Under the pieces are notes generated by a model that saw only the letters and a list, made by a program, of their open reading frames with translations, had not been told where the DNA came from and made no database searches. Positions 28,315 through 44,380 of a stretch of DNA of 64,000 bases are shown here, piece by piece. A program made the position numbers and the translations under genes. The DNA is from Blastocystis sp. Blastoise (Eukaryota; Protista; Bigyra: Opalinata): the NCBI GenBank assembly GCA_039096225.1, contig JBBPEB010000023.1:1-64000 (forward strand). Direction: 5' to 3'. The number at the start of each line of letters is the position of its first letter. Position 1 is the stretch's first letter.

Positions 28315-28991
28315 TCTTCTTTGAAATTAAAAAATATATGAAATTATATTACAATTTAAAATTTATATGAAATGTTCAGTTATCTCAAAAAAACATAATT
28401 GTTATAATAATTAGAAATCTTAGAAAAACAATAGTTTCAGTTTTTTGCATTTTTTTAAGTTTTTGTTAAATTAATTTTTTTAATTTAATTGACGATTCAA
28501 TTGTGTTTATTTATTAAATGTATATAATGGATTCTTTTTTTTATGATTTATTTTTTTTAAATTAATCAACGATTTATTAGTTTTTTTTTTAATTTTTCAT
28601 TTATTATATTCTAAAAGTAATATAGATAATATATAGGATAGATATGATTATAATTCATTATGTTTTGTAAATTTTATTTATAAATAATGTTTTTATTAAT
28701 TTCTAACAAAAAAGATTTGAAAAATAATATCAACAATGTATTGATAACTGAAACAATTGGTTCAAATAATGATTTAAATTGTTTATATAGTTCTTTTTGA
28801 ATATAATAACATGCGTCGTTTCTTCTTAAAGTTTTGAATATGATTATTATATACTAATAAGTGTATAATAAGAAAAACGATTCAATATAAATCACTGAAA
28901 AAAATTGTTAATAAAACATATAAATATACGCAATAACTATATATTAGCTAATAAAAAGAAAGACTTTTTATTTAATTAGATTGAATATTGA

Positions 28992-29362
28992 TTATAGATT
29001 TGACCATTTAATAGTAGACATATCAATTCCTTCTTGTAGCATTTCCCAAAGGGGACTGATCTCTCGAAGGTGATTCACACTCTATATATTGATATATTAT
29101 TATGATTATTATTATGATTATTCATATATATAAATAACATTATAATATATGTATACTTTAATAATCATATCACAAGCTTTATCTATATCTTCTTTTGTAG
29201 TAAATCGATGTATACCGAATCTTATACTTGTATGTGCCAAATCATCATTTACTCCTAATGCTCTTAATACATAAGATGGCTCTAAAGATGCACTATATAT
29301 AGATATAGTAATAGTTAATAGAATTGAATAGAGGGTATTTGTATTGTTTAAATATAGAAAAG

Positions 29363-29398
<36 letters not shown>

Positions 29399-30933
29399 CC
29401 TAGTACAGGCACTACCACTACTAACAGCTAAATTCTTCATAGACATAATAAGAGATTCACCTTCAACACAAGCAAAGGATAGATTGACGATACCAGGATA
29501 ACGAGATGTACGGTCACCATTCAATATCACGTGAGTTAAATTTTTCATAATAGTATCAATAAAATAATTACTAAGTGACGTAATACGTTTTAAATCTTCC
29601 TCCATATCTAATTTACATAACTCAAAAGCACGACCCATACCCTATATAGAATAATAAGTATAATAATAATAATAATAATAAGTATAATAATAAGTATTAA
29701 TCATAATAATAATAATAATAATAATAAGTATATAAATATATATACTACACAAAGAGGTGTAGGAAGAGTACCACTTCGAAGACCCCTTTCTTGACCCCCA
29801 CCGGACATTAACGGAACTAAACGGACACGAGGCTTTCGGCGTACATATAATGCACCAACTCCTTTGGGTCCATATACTTTATGACCACTCATAGACATTA
29901 AATCGATATTACATTCATCTACATTAATAGGTAACTATATATATATTGTTATAAATTATTTAATATATAATAATTAATAATAATCATAATTAAAATAACC
30001 ATAATTAAAATAACTATAATAATAACTATTATATATACTTTTCCAACAAGTTGAGCACAATCGGTATGAAAGAATACTTTATGTTTTCTGCATATATTAC
30101 CAATAGATTTTAAATCTTGTTTCACTCCAATTTCATTATTAACACCCATTATACTAACTAAACTAGTACTTGGAGTAATAGCATTTTCTAATTCATTTAA
30201 ATCAATTAATCCATTCTTCTTTACAGGTAAATAAGTCACTTTATAACCACGCTGTTCTAACCATCTACAACTATCTAATACACACTTATGCTCCTATATT
30301 TATTATTTATTATATAATAAAAATAAATAAATTAAATTAAATTAAATTAAAAAAAAAACATAATAAATAAAAAAATTTACAATTTGACTAGTAATAACAT
30401 GATTTTTTTCTTTATAAAATTGAGCTACACCTTTAACAGCCAAATTATTACATTCTGTAGCACCAGAAGTAAATATAATTTCTTTAGAAGAAGCACCAAT
30501 AACATCAGCTATTTGTGCTCTGGCATTCTCTACAGCTGCATCAGCATTCCAACCATATGCATGTGTACGAGAATGAGGGTTTCCATAATTTTCACAAAAA
30601 TACGGAAGCATTGTATCTAATACTCTAGGGTCCATTCTTGTAGTTGCCTAGAATAAATACAGAGAACAATTCATCATTATTAAAATCAATAAAAGAATCA
30701 AAATAAGAATTAAATAAAAATTGACATACACCAGAATCCATATATATGATATTTGATAAATCATAATGAACAGCTGGAACTCTAGTCAATGGATTCTCTG
30801 ATTTTTGAACGGGAGCATCTTCATTTTCCAGCATACACGACATAAATCTCTTTGAAATCAATGAAGAACTTGTTTTCAAAACACTCAAACTACGCAAAGA
30901 ACTGTTTTTTAATAAAATCAATGAAGTATTCAT
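28992..30933 (-). CDS. NFS1: Cysteine desulfurase NFS1/IscS with N-terminal targeting-like extension; 7 exons
   Basis: [81 protein letters not shown]. Confidence 0.97.
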
Positions 30934-31212
30934 CGCTTAATAGAATCAATTCGGAAATAATGGATTTAGAAATGAAATAGAAAAAGAAGAGCTGGTTTCC
31001 TAAGCGAACAATTGTCAACAAGCATGGTTGATTCCTTTTTCCTTTTCCATTTTTCTTGTTTTTTCTAGAAACTTGCTAGCAAATCGCAAAGGAATAGTAT
31101 CTCGTTTTCCCCTTTTTTCTCTTTCCATTTTAGAAAATCCCAACGGTTTTCTCATTTTTCCATTTCATTTTTCGTTTCTATCGATTCTCTGGTCATTGTT
31201 GAATATATAGAC
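30934..31212. promoter_or_regulatory. Putative bidirectional promoter between NFS1 and PAM18 (279 bp)
   Basis: Head-to-head ATGs at 30933 (-) and 31213 (+). Confidence 0.6.
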
Positions 31213-32084
31213 ATGTTTTCCAGACTAGCATTATCTACAACACCTCTATTAGCAAAATCTCTATTCACAAGAACAGTTCCTGCTGTTTCACCTGTAATGA
31301 ATACCTTCCAATCTGTATATTTCGCTATTCTTCAATTTATTTCATTATTAACATATGATTTGCATCATATTTATATCACTTACATTTCATTAAATCCATA
31401 GACAAGGTCCTATCACATGACAAAACAACAAGATAGTATATTCCTTGTAGCTGGTCTTGCTGTAGCAGGTGGTGCCTTAGTTGCTAGATATTTTATTCTT
31501 GTATTTATTTGAATATGAATAAGAATTCTTTTTAATTCGTGTTTTAATTCTTTTAAATATATATATATATATAGGCTGCTGATAGTTATAAGAATAGAAC
31601 TGATGGAAAATCATCGTTAGCTTTTTCTAAATTTTATGAAGGTGGTTTTGAAGATAATATGACCAAACGTGAAGCAGCACTTATTCTTGGCGTTCGGTAT
31701 GTATTTTTTTTTTTTTATATTTATTTGTTTTTTATTCTATTTTTATTATATTTTTATTCTATTTTTAATATATTTTTATTATATTTTATTCTATTTTTAT
31801 TCTATTTTTATTATATTATTATTCTATTTTTATTATATTTTTATTATGTTATTATTCTTATTTTTAATTATTCTGTTTATTAAATTAATTCCTATTATAA
31901 TTTATTAAAAAACAATATATAATAAGTCTACACTATAAATAGAGTGAATGCGACTCCTCAAAGAATTCAAGCTGCTTATAAGCGATTATTATTAAAGAAT
32001 CACCCTGATAAAGGAGGTAGTCCTTTTATTGCTTCTAAAATCAATCAAGCAAAAGATATGTTAGCTGGAGGTACTGAAAAGTAA
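31213..32084 (+). CDS. PAM18: Mitochondrial import motor J-protein PAM18/TIM14 (DNAJC19-like); exons 31213-31314, 31402-31500, 31575-31696, 31944-32084
   Basis: TM segment, then FYEGGFEDNMTKREAALILGV..NHPDKGGSPFIASKINQAKD. Confidence 0.95.
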
Positions 32085-32674
32085 AAAGGAATTATAGAAT
32101 TATTCATATTATTTTTATTCTCATTATGTATATAAATATTTTAATATTTGGGCTTTATTAGTAGTGTTGTTTTATATGTATACAATAAATAAATTATATT
32201 TTTTTTAATTGATATTCAATCATCATTAAAACTTATGATTACTGTATAATAAAATATTCATAATTGATTGAAAATATATACCTATCAAAATGATTCAAAA
32301 CGTATACTTGTTTTCAAATACACAAATATTATGATATTTGTATGAATTCATTTCTTAATGACCTTTACATCTATCACAATAACAATAAATTTATTGATAA
32401 AAATGTCTTAATCTATATTTTAAAGAGAATCAACACTAGTTATTATTTTCTTGAAAAAAAAAGTAAAAAAAGTCAACGATTAATTATATCACACACATAG
32501 AATAAGAGAATCTTATTTGAAAAGTTAATCAACATATAAAAATTCATTAAAAGAAAACAATAAAAATAATAATTTAAAAATATGTTATAAACTCTAATAG
32601 AAAACAAACAAAAATAGATAAAAATATTTTATTAGCACAGAGAAAAGAATCTATTTGTATTATTATATTGGTTT

Positions 32675-33630
32675 TTACTTACAGCAATCCTAGAATAGAA
32701 ATAGAAGAATAATAAATAAATGAATAAATGAATAATTAAATGAATAATTAAATGAATAATTAAATAAATAATTAAATAAATAATTATATTAATATGATAA
32801 CGATTATTATTGATATATATACATTTTTAACAGGATTAGGATTAGGACGACCAGGCATAGGACCTGGAGTTGGAGTTGGACTGGGCAAATTTCGATTATT
32901 ATTTAAGCAATCTCTCGCTAATTTTGTAAAACACTATAAATTAAAGATATATATATATATGCTCAATTATAAATTATATACTTTAATTAGGATAGATATT
33001 CATAATAATAAGATTATATATATATATATACTTCATTAACATTTTGACCTGTTGCAGCAGAAGTTTCAAAAAAAGGAATACCATATTTATTTGCTAAATT
33101 TTGTCCTTCTTGTGTAGAAACTTGCTATATATATATATATAATTAATTCATAATGATTCAAAGGAAATGTTTATAATATAAAATACTCTTTCACTTTCCA
33201 AATCACATTTATTACCCACTAAAACAATATTTACATCATCACCAGCATACTATAAGTATATATAGTAGATTATATTATATTATATTATATATACTTTATT
33301 AATTTGTTCCATCCACATTTCAACATTTTGAAAAGAGGATTTGTCAGTAATATTATAAACAAGTAGCATTCCATTAGCCCCTCTAAAATAAGACACCGTG
33401 ATCGTCCTAAAACGATCTTGACCAGCTGTATCCCATATCTGAAGTTTAATGGCTTTACCGTCAATATTTATATTTTTAATCTTGAAATCAACTCCAATTG
33501 TAGCAATGTGTGTCAATACATATGTTTGTGATGAATATCTTAATAATAAGCATGTTTTACCAACAGCAGCATCTCCAAGAGTGAGAATTTTGAATTGATA
33601 ATCAAATTTTTGTTTTGGAGCTGGAGCCAT
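32675..33630 (-). CDS. Rab GTPase, Rab8/Sec4-like; 5 exons; ends in CCK
   Basis: [42 protein letters not shown]-terminal DCCK. Confidence 0.9.
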
Positions 33631-36165
33631 TCTGTTTCTTTTACTAATAAAATAAAAAATGAAATGTTATATTTCATTATTTATAACAATTTTTAGTACT
33701 TTTAAAAAGATATGAAACAATTAAGAAAAATAATCATAAAAAAACATTGAACTTCACTGAGAAAAAATATATTTTCATGATTATTTTCTTATCAATTGTT
33801 TAAAACTTGAAGTCATTTTGTGAAACTTGCAATATTAAGAATGGCATTTCTTTTATTTAAAAGTGTTTTTCGTCGTTATTTGATAATTTATGCATGTATA
33901 TATTCATGATCTACTTAATTTATAGTAAAGTCAATATGACAACAACAAGAATTCACTGAAAAAAGTATCTTTTTTAATTTTAAACTTTTTTAATCAGTTT
34001 TATCGTTGACTTAAAAGGTTCATCACATATAAATTATTTTCAAAGAACATAGAACAACGAATGACGACCATTTTGAGAAAGAGTCAACATCAAATTAGTT
34101 GTCTAGATTAATTAGTGTTCCCCATCACTGTGAGTAATAGAGTACAATCTTATTCAGTTGTCAAATAAAACGCAAACATCTTATAGGCAGTATAGATAAC
34201 AAAAAACAAATATATTTAAACTGTCCCAAGGATTCGTGAAACAAAACGAATTTATACTGTATGTTTTTTTGGATTTTAAAAAATTGCATTTCTCATTTTT
34301 TAATTATTTTTCCTATTCACTACAAGGTGATTCATCGTTTTCGGGTATATTATTGTTCACTAGATCCTATTCTACTTCTTTTTATCCTAATTATTTTATT
34401 TTAGATGAATCTTTTTTTAATTTTATTTTTTTTTCAATTGATAACTGTTCAACTTTTTTTGTTAAGTTTATTATCATCATATTCTTATTTTTTCTTATCA
34501 TTTTATCAAAGTTTTATTACTATTTAAAGTTCTATGATTATTTAATCTATTTTCTAGTGCTTTCATTGATCGTCCCTAGTTGCTATACATAGTTTGTTCC
34601 ATCGGCTTTATAAAAAGATATGACTGTATGTATTTATTCATTATTTATTCCATTTTAATGTGTATCACTAGCAGGCACGAAGAAATTTGGTATATTTTCT
34701 CCAGTCAAAAAGGTTTGTCTCCCATGGGGAAAACCATATTTTTTTTGAAAATTCAAAAAATGCAAAAGGTTGATGGTTTTTCATCGACTTAGAGAAATTT
34801 TTGATAAAAGTTGAGTTTTGAAATTTTCATTTTGAGTCTTTTTAGACAATAGACAATGAATAATGATTTACTGTAGCGTATAAGGTATAGAAATATAAAA
34901 ATTGATTGACTTTAAACGAGTTTTAGGGATCAGTCAATTAATGAGGTCAGATTTGTTTGCTGTTAAAGATATATTTATGTGTAGACTCTGACTTGTAACG
35001 TAACCGTTATTTCAATTATTCAAAATAAAAGGACAAGAGTCGTAATTCAGTCAACTTTTTGAATATTCATTTTTGAAGTGTTTTAAAGTCATATTATTGC
35101 TGATACAGTCATCTTAACTCTAATAGACAACTCTTTGAGCTTGTATAACATAACTTGAGTCAAAATCATAAAATATTTTTTTGTGTTTTAAAACAAACAT
35201 TATCTTCTAAATAAGTCATGCATGATATGTCTAAGTTATTTAAATAAGAAAAAAATGCAAATAAAAGAAAATATACGTTTTAAAAGTCAAAAGAAAAAAT
35301 AAAAAAAAGACTTTGAAAAATTAAAAAATGGAAACACATTTTTTAATTTATTTTCTTACATGGAACCAAACTGAGTTTGGTAAAATGATTTTAAAATTCT
35401 TTTTGAATTCAACATAACATATATTTCATTTTTTGAAGAGTTTAAACTATACACAACATGTGTAGACACAATTTTTTATGTAATTAAGTTGATTAAGTAC
35501 GTTTAAAAGACAAACTATTTTTATATCGACTAAGAATCGTTTAGAATAACACAGTTAGACATTTATAATAGTCAGAATACTAAAATAAACAATATTTGTG
35601 CAACAACTCATTTTGTCATTAGGTCAATATTGCTAAAAAGGAGTTCTGATACATGTTTCTAACTCACAAAGACCACTCATAATCAACCGTTGTATGCATA
35701 AATTTTTATTTATATTTTTGACAAAAATGTTAATTATGAAAATGTAAATATTGTATAAAAAGTGATCATTCATAGTCTTTAACTTACTTTGAGTATATAG
35801 CAATCCATAAATAGATTAAATAAGCTATAATAAAAATAGAATTAAAATAGATTGCTTTAAAACGTATTAAAGACTTTTTCACAACTATTATTTGACTCAA
35901 AACCATTATAAATTTTCATATTAGTCACGAAAAATAAACATATAAAAAATTTAGTAAACTGCAAAAATAAAAAAAGAGAAAAATAACAAAGTTAATTCAA
36001 CATCGTCATTTTGTACAAAAAATATAGAAAATTTTCAGTGAAACACTACAGAAAATATGAATTTTCTTGCCTTTTTATTCTGAAGTGAAATATTGTTTTG
36101 AGAGAAAAAATATCTCATTATTTTTTTGCTTTTATCTTGTCGTCAAAGACAAATTTTTTATATTT

Positions 36166-39100
36166 ATGTATATTTATTTTATTATATATTGTTTATTTGT
36201 TTATAGGTTGAAATTGTGCTGTAAGAAAACAGTTAATTGTACGGATGGTGAAGTATACCACTGATTTAAGTCCTATTTTATCTTTTTCTTATTGGCCAAT
36301 TAGGTAATTAGGTGATTTTTCATTTCTTGGCTTTTTGGTTGCCAAATCAGTTTATAGACAATCAGGTATGCTCTTTTAATTACTCTTTATTGCTTTTATT
36401 TATTTATTTGTTTACTTAATTGCTTTTATTTCTTTTATATATTTTTATATATATTTATAGGTATCTTGCTCCAGAGTATGCAAAAAAAAGTTAAAAATAC
36501 TTTAGTGAAGGTATATTCCTATATATATATTATTTTTAGTTTCTTTTCTTTTGTATTAAATATTTTTTTTTAATATGTTATTATTTTATATATTAGTATT
36601 TATATTCTTTTGTTATATACCATATATAATATATTTATAATACTTATGCTATTACATTATAGGTTAAAATGGTATTAGAATTGTACTTGTCGTTGCTTCT
36701 GTTTATCAAGTTAGTGTATATTATTATATTTTTATCTTAGTTTGCTTTTATACCTTTTTAAATAATATATATATATAGATTTAATAAATGTTTTTATAAT
36801 ATATTCTGTATTGTTTTCGTTATTGAATAGTTTATTATATCTGAATGACATATAGCTTTTTGTTTAAATCATATATATATATATTGTTTTATTGTATATT
36901 TATATAGTTTTTCTTAGTATAGTGCTTTTTCGTTGATTTCATATCAATGAATTAATGGTATATCTATATTTACTTATTTATGTATTATAATTATTATCAT
37001 ATAGAATAGAGACTTTTGTAAAATATCGTGAATGCTTTCTTGGAAGCTATATATTATTTTATTCAGGTATGGATATATTGATATTATTATGATTTTATTT
37101 TTATAAATAGATATATATTATTATATAGAAATATATTCACTGCTATTTAGAATATTATCATTTTAATTGATATATAAGGTACATATATATATAAATATAT
37201 AAATTATACTAACAATTATGTATATTAATTTTTTTTATATATGATTTTTGTTAAATTTCTTTTTTTGTATATTATTTATATATATATAGATAGGTTTTCT
37301 CTACATTTTTACTTGTTTCCAATATTATTATATATATTCCTTTTATATGAAGTATTATTGCAATAAGAATACTTAGTATTAAAGTAGTTATTTTTTATTT
37401 GTTTAGTTTTCTTTTATATATATATTTATATATTAGTAATTAATACATATATAGAAGGGCTTAATATAGTTTATATCATGATGTTTCTCTTATTCTTTAT
37501 AAATAAAGTATATATATATAAATAAAGTATATATATATATATTATTATTATATATTGATTAAAATACATTTCATCCAGTATAAATATATTATAATGTATG
37601 TCTAACTTGTTATTCTTATGCTTACTATCCATTTGAATATAATTTTATTATAGGTTTATAATCCTTTGGAAATGGCTTTATTATTATATATAATGTTAGC
37701 TGCTAAATCTGATGGCTTTTCTTTCTGTTTCTGGAAGAATAGGAAATATTAATTATATGAAGTCATAAAAAATAATAGAAATGATTATTAATTAAAAAAG
37801 GTATATATTTATATATATTTATTAATATTTATTTACTATTGTTTATATTATATATAGAATTCATGAAGAAATTTTTATATTGAAAATATGGTATATTTAT
37901 TATCTTTATCATCTATATTTCTATATATAGACAAATTATAGCGATATAATATGATTCTCCTTCTTTGTCCTCTCTTTGGTATATATGGAAAGTATATCAA
38001 ATATATATTATATGCTTAGAGGCTATAAACTATTGATGATGATTAAATATTAATTCTAGTATATATGTATTTATTATAAATATTTTATTTTATTATTTTT
38101 ATTGTTCTTTATAGTATGTATATAGTTGATTTATCATAAATTATTATAAGTATATATTTATTTAGGGTTTATTAGACACTACGAAGTATTATTACAATTC
38201 ATCAAAGGAAATATGTATATATATATAATAATAATAATAATTATTATTATTATTGTTTATAGGTTATAAGATCATGAGTAATATTATGTCGGTTGCTACA
38301 TAGTAATATATATAAAGAAAGAAGTATAGGAAATCATTTAGTATTATACAAGTGAAGTGGATTATTATTTGATTAAAACTTCATCTATTTTATGCTGTGA
38401 ATAATATCAATAAAAATCAAATATTAAAAAAATATATACATGTCAAAATCAATAGAATAATTTAAATAATGTATATATATGCCTCTTATCATTTATTTAT
38501 TATATAGGTTCAGTTTCTATACTTTATGAAATTGCCATTTTGCTGATCACTTAAATTAAATTAAAAATGATGTTTTTTCTTATTATTATTTTTCTTATTA
38601 TTATTTTATATTTTTTTTATGTATGTTTTAATTATATTATTATATTGTTTTGTTATGTAAGAATAAATATTATACTACGACTGAAACAGTGACTGAATCG
38701 AAATGTACTGGAATTTAAGACAATTTCCGCAATCGCAATTTTTGCCATTTCTAAACTGGAAATGGCAAAAATTGCGATTGCGGAAACGGCAATAATTTTA
38801 TTTCCAGTTGAGAAATGGCAATAATTGCGATTGCGGCACTATTGCGAATTCGATGTTGGGTGGCGGAAAAAACCGTAAAAATGCCTGCTAGTGTATATAG
38901 GTTAACAATAATAATAATGATGAAAAGAATCTAGATTCTAGAAAACTTGACGATTTTAATAAGGTATGATTCTCTATTTTATGTTTGTTTAATAATGATT
39001 ATCTTTTTTTATCATATCTATAGTCTTGCGCAAATGAAGATTCATCTAAAATTACTAATAATAATGACAATGCAAATAATAATAATTCTAATAATGTAAA

Positions 39101-39785
39101 TAGAACTTCTTCGGATAGAATTACTGATACTGTTCATGATGAAGAAGACAAACAAAATCAAAATAATTTTGGTTGTATTCCTAAGAATGATTGTATTAGT
39201 AAGATTGATGATAATAATAAATCTGGTAATAAAAAAGAAGAAGAAGACCGTATTGAAGAATCTGAATCATCTAAAGGCCGTTCAACAACAGATTTAGCTA
39301 AAAAATATATAATTAATAGCGATAATTTAAGAGATTTTAATTCTACTCAAACGACTACATCTGATACAAAACAAACACAAAAAGAATGCGTTAATAATGT
39401 TAGTTTTATGTTTGGTAATACGTCTTCTTCTCCTAATGCTGAATCTATTCAAAGGACTCTAAGAAACCTCCAAAGTAATAGCAATCAAGTTGAAAGTACA
39501 AATAATCAAAATCCTTTTACATCTTCAGAACCAACTATGTTAGCATATTCACCTGTAAACATTTCTAATAGTGGAAATTCATCAATAGATCCACATGCTA
39601 TCAATCAAAATGAAATGACAGCTGGTGAAATCACTAGAACTAATTCTCAACCTAATTTTAATAGTATTATTTCTAGTAATACAAATAGAATTAATCAAAA
39701 TCAAAGTGATAATGAATCTAATGCATCAGAAGATTCAGAACATCCTTCTCTTATTCCTACAAATGAAGAAGAAAGCAATAAATAA
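36166..39785 (+). other. 19-exon polytopic-membrane-protein-like gene: 29 in-frame stops in the first 394 codons, then a stop-free 275-codon low-complexity tail
   Basis: AT|G start at 36166-36167; exons 36207-365, 36461-510, 36663-715, 36779-807, 36908-957, 37005-066, 37129-178, 37290-375, 37455-507, 37654-800, 37858-890, 37931-978, 38020-058, 38166-214, 38263-470, 38508-571, 38901-963, 39024-785, all GT-AG and in one frame. Confidence 0.65.
38671..38891 (+). mobile_element. Putative non-autonomous Helitron-like insertion with internal palindromes, inside an intron
   Basis: GC-richer island; perfect 28-bp inverted repeat 38724-38751 / 38759-38786; third arm 38801-38836; small CGG-AAAAAA-CCG hairpin ~12 nt before a CTAG|T end. 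5' boundary approximate. Confidence 0.5.
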
Positions 39786-40499
39786 TATGAAATGTTATAT
39801 GAATTTGTTTTTAAGTTTATTCTATTTATATTTATGTTTTCTTCCTTTTATTTTTAATCATATCAAATATATATTATATTTTATTATTTATTATTATCAG
39901 CGTTTTCTTTCTACTTTCAATCTTATATCATTTTTAATCATTTGATATATATATGTATATATATATATATTATTTGATCAATATATATATATATTCTTTT
40001 AATCATTTTTTAATATATTCTATCTTCAAGCCATCATAAAAGTTTTTCCAAGTTGCTTTTTTTTTTTTGATTTCTTTTTTTTTTTGTTTTGTTTGTATTA
40101 TATTTATATGTGTACTTATAGTTTATTTTTGATTGTTTGTTTTGTAGTTTTTATACAATATTAGTCTTCAAAATATTGTATTCTTCATTGTTCATGATAA
40201 GGAATAATACTCGTTTATCATCAACATTAATCAAAAAAATCATCAAATTTTTAATTTTGAAATATGATTTATTTATTTTTTTTTTGTAAAATTTAATTAA
40301 TAGATTTTGTTTAATAGAAGAGCAAAACTACTTGATCTAATGAATAATTGGCTAATAAGAATGTTAATAAGAATAAAGAATGAATACATATTGTTTGTAT
40401 TATAGGAATATAATTAGAAATAATATAAATATGTAGAATAATTAAAAAAATAATGAATTTCAAAAGAAAATAATAATATTTTTCAAAGTAGAATTGAAA

Positions 40500-40597
40500 A
40501 AATAATATTAATTCTTATAATATACTTGATTAATAATATTAATTCTGTTTATAATATAGTTGATTAATAATATTAATTCTTTTTATAATATAGTTGA

Positions 40598-40605
<8 letters not shown>
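40500..40605. repeat. ~35-bp tandem repeat x3 at the 3' end of the membrane-protein gene
   Basis: aataatattaattct..ttataatatagttgatt repeated. Confidence 0.75.
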
Positions 40606-42759
<2,154 letters not shown>

Positions 42760-43518
42760 AATGTTTTAATAAAAGAAATAGCAAGCAAAGAAGTGATACT
42801 GTAATAATTATTTAAACACAATAAAGATGTTTTGTTTCCCTTAAACGAATATATCTTTTAACTGAATTCATAAGAAATAATCGTGAATAATTGACTCTCT
42901 TTTTTAAAATCCATTTCTATACAGTTTCATTTCTCTTTGGAATCTTTTTCTTCATATTAACTTATTATATAGCATATATATCGGTTTTTTAACTCTATAA
43001 ATTCGTTATGCAATAAATAGAATCATTTGACACGTAGTGAGTTGTTCTTTTATTTGTATATTGTGTTTTCTTATTAATTGCATGTTGTTCATAATGAATG
43101 TACACGTCGTATTCTTTTTCTATACATCAGCATATAAATTCTTGTTAACTATATTCAATAAATAATACCATTATCAACAATAATTCGCAAGTAACAATTT
43201 TCTAAAAACATATAAATAGCTTTACTGACACCTATTTGTCATCAGTGACAATTAGAATTCATTCATATATCAAATATAAAAAACTAATAAACTGATTTTT
43301 TAAAAAAAGTTTATTTCTATTGTATTATTTGATTATAAATCAACAAATCATTCGTTATTATTTATTTTTTCATAAAGCAAGTAAACAAAAAAAATTAATA
43401 TTGAATTCTATGTAAAATAACCAATTAGTGAGCAATCAGTTATAGAACAACAAATGGTATACAAAATAAAACAATGAATATATATATATATATTCCATAG
43501 AAATCTTAATAATTTCAA

Positions 43519-44299
43519 TTAATTAGTTGATTTTCGAATAAGAGCAGTAAAACTTCCATCTTCACAAGTAAAGACAAGTCGACTTCCGTCACGACTGAAG
43601 CATGTGCTCCAACAAGGAGAAGAAGATGTAAATGTCTGTATACATGTTTTAGTAGTTAAATCCCATATCTTCACGGTTTTATCACTTGAACTATACATAA
43701 AGTATATGAAATGTTTATTATATATAAAATAATATATATATATATAAGAGAGAGAGAGAAAAAACGATATAGAGAATAAATAATAATCAATAAAAAATCA
43801 ATATATAATTCTAGATACGCGGTAGCTAAATAGAGTCCGTCATTTGTGATATCCAATCCAAAGATCCATCCCATGTGACCTTGTAACGAATATAATAATT
43901 GATAATTACCTCCAGCCGTTAAGTCAATTGCATTTATTTGCATATCATTGGATCCTGTAAATAACACCGTAGAATCGTGGGAAAAACGAAGAACTCGACA
44001 AGGTAAATTATGTTCTATATATATAGAAGATTATATACTATATATATATAAAATAATAAAAATAATATAAATATAAAATATTTAAAAATATAAAATATAT
44101 ATATATATAATAATAATAAATTTAATATATATAAAATAATAAAAATAATATAAATATAAAATAATATAAATATAAAATAATAGTATATCTATAAATACGT
44201 TTAATAGTAGTAATAAGTTTATAAGTTTTAGCATTATATATATTAACAGATCCATCACTATGACTCGTAGCTATATAATTACCATCATCACTCTATATA

Positions 44300-44380
<81 letters not shown>

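Noticed and set aside
36461-36510. YLAPEY as a kinase motif
   Set aside because: No HRD, DFG or glycine loop in the surrounding frame.
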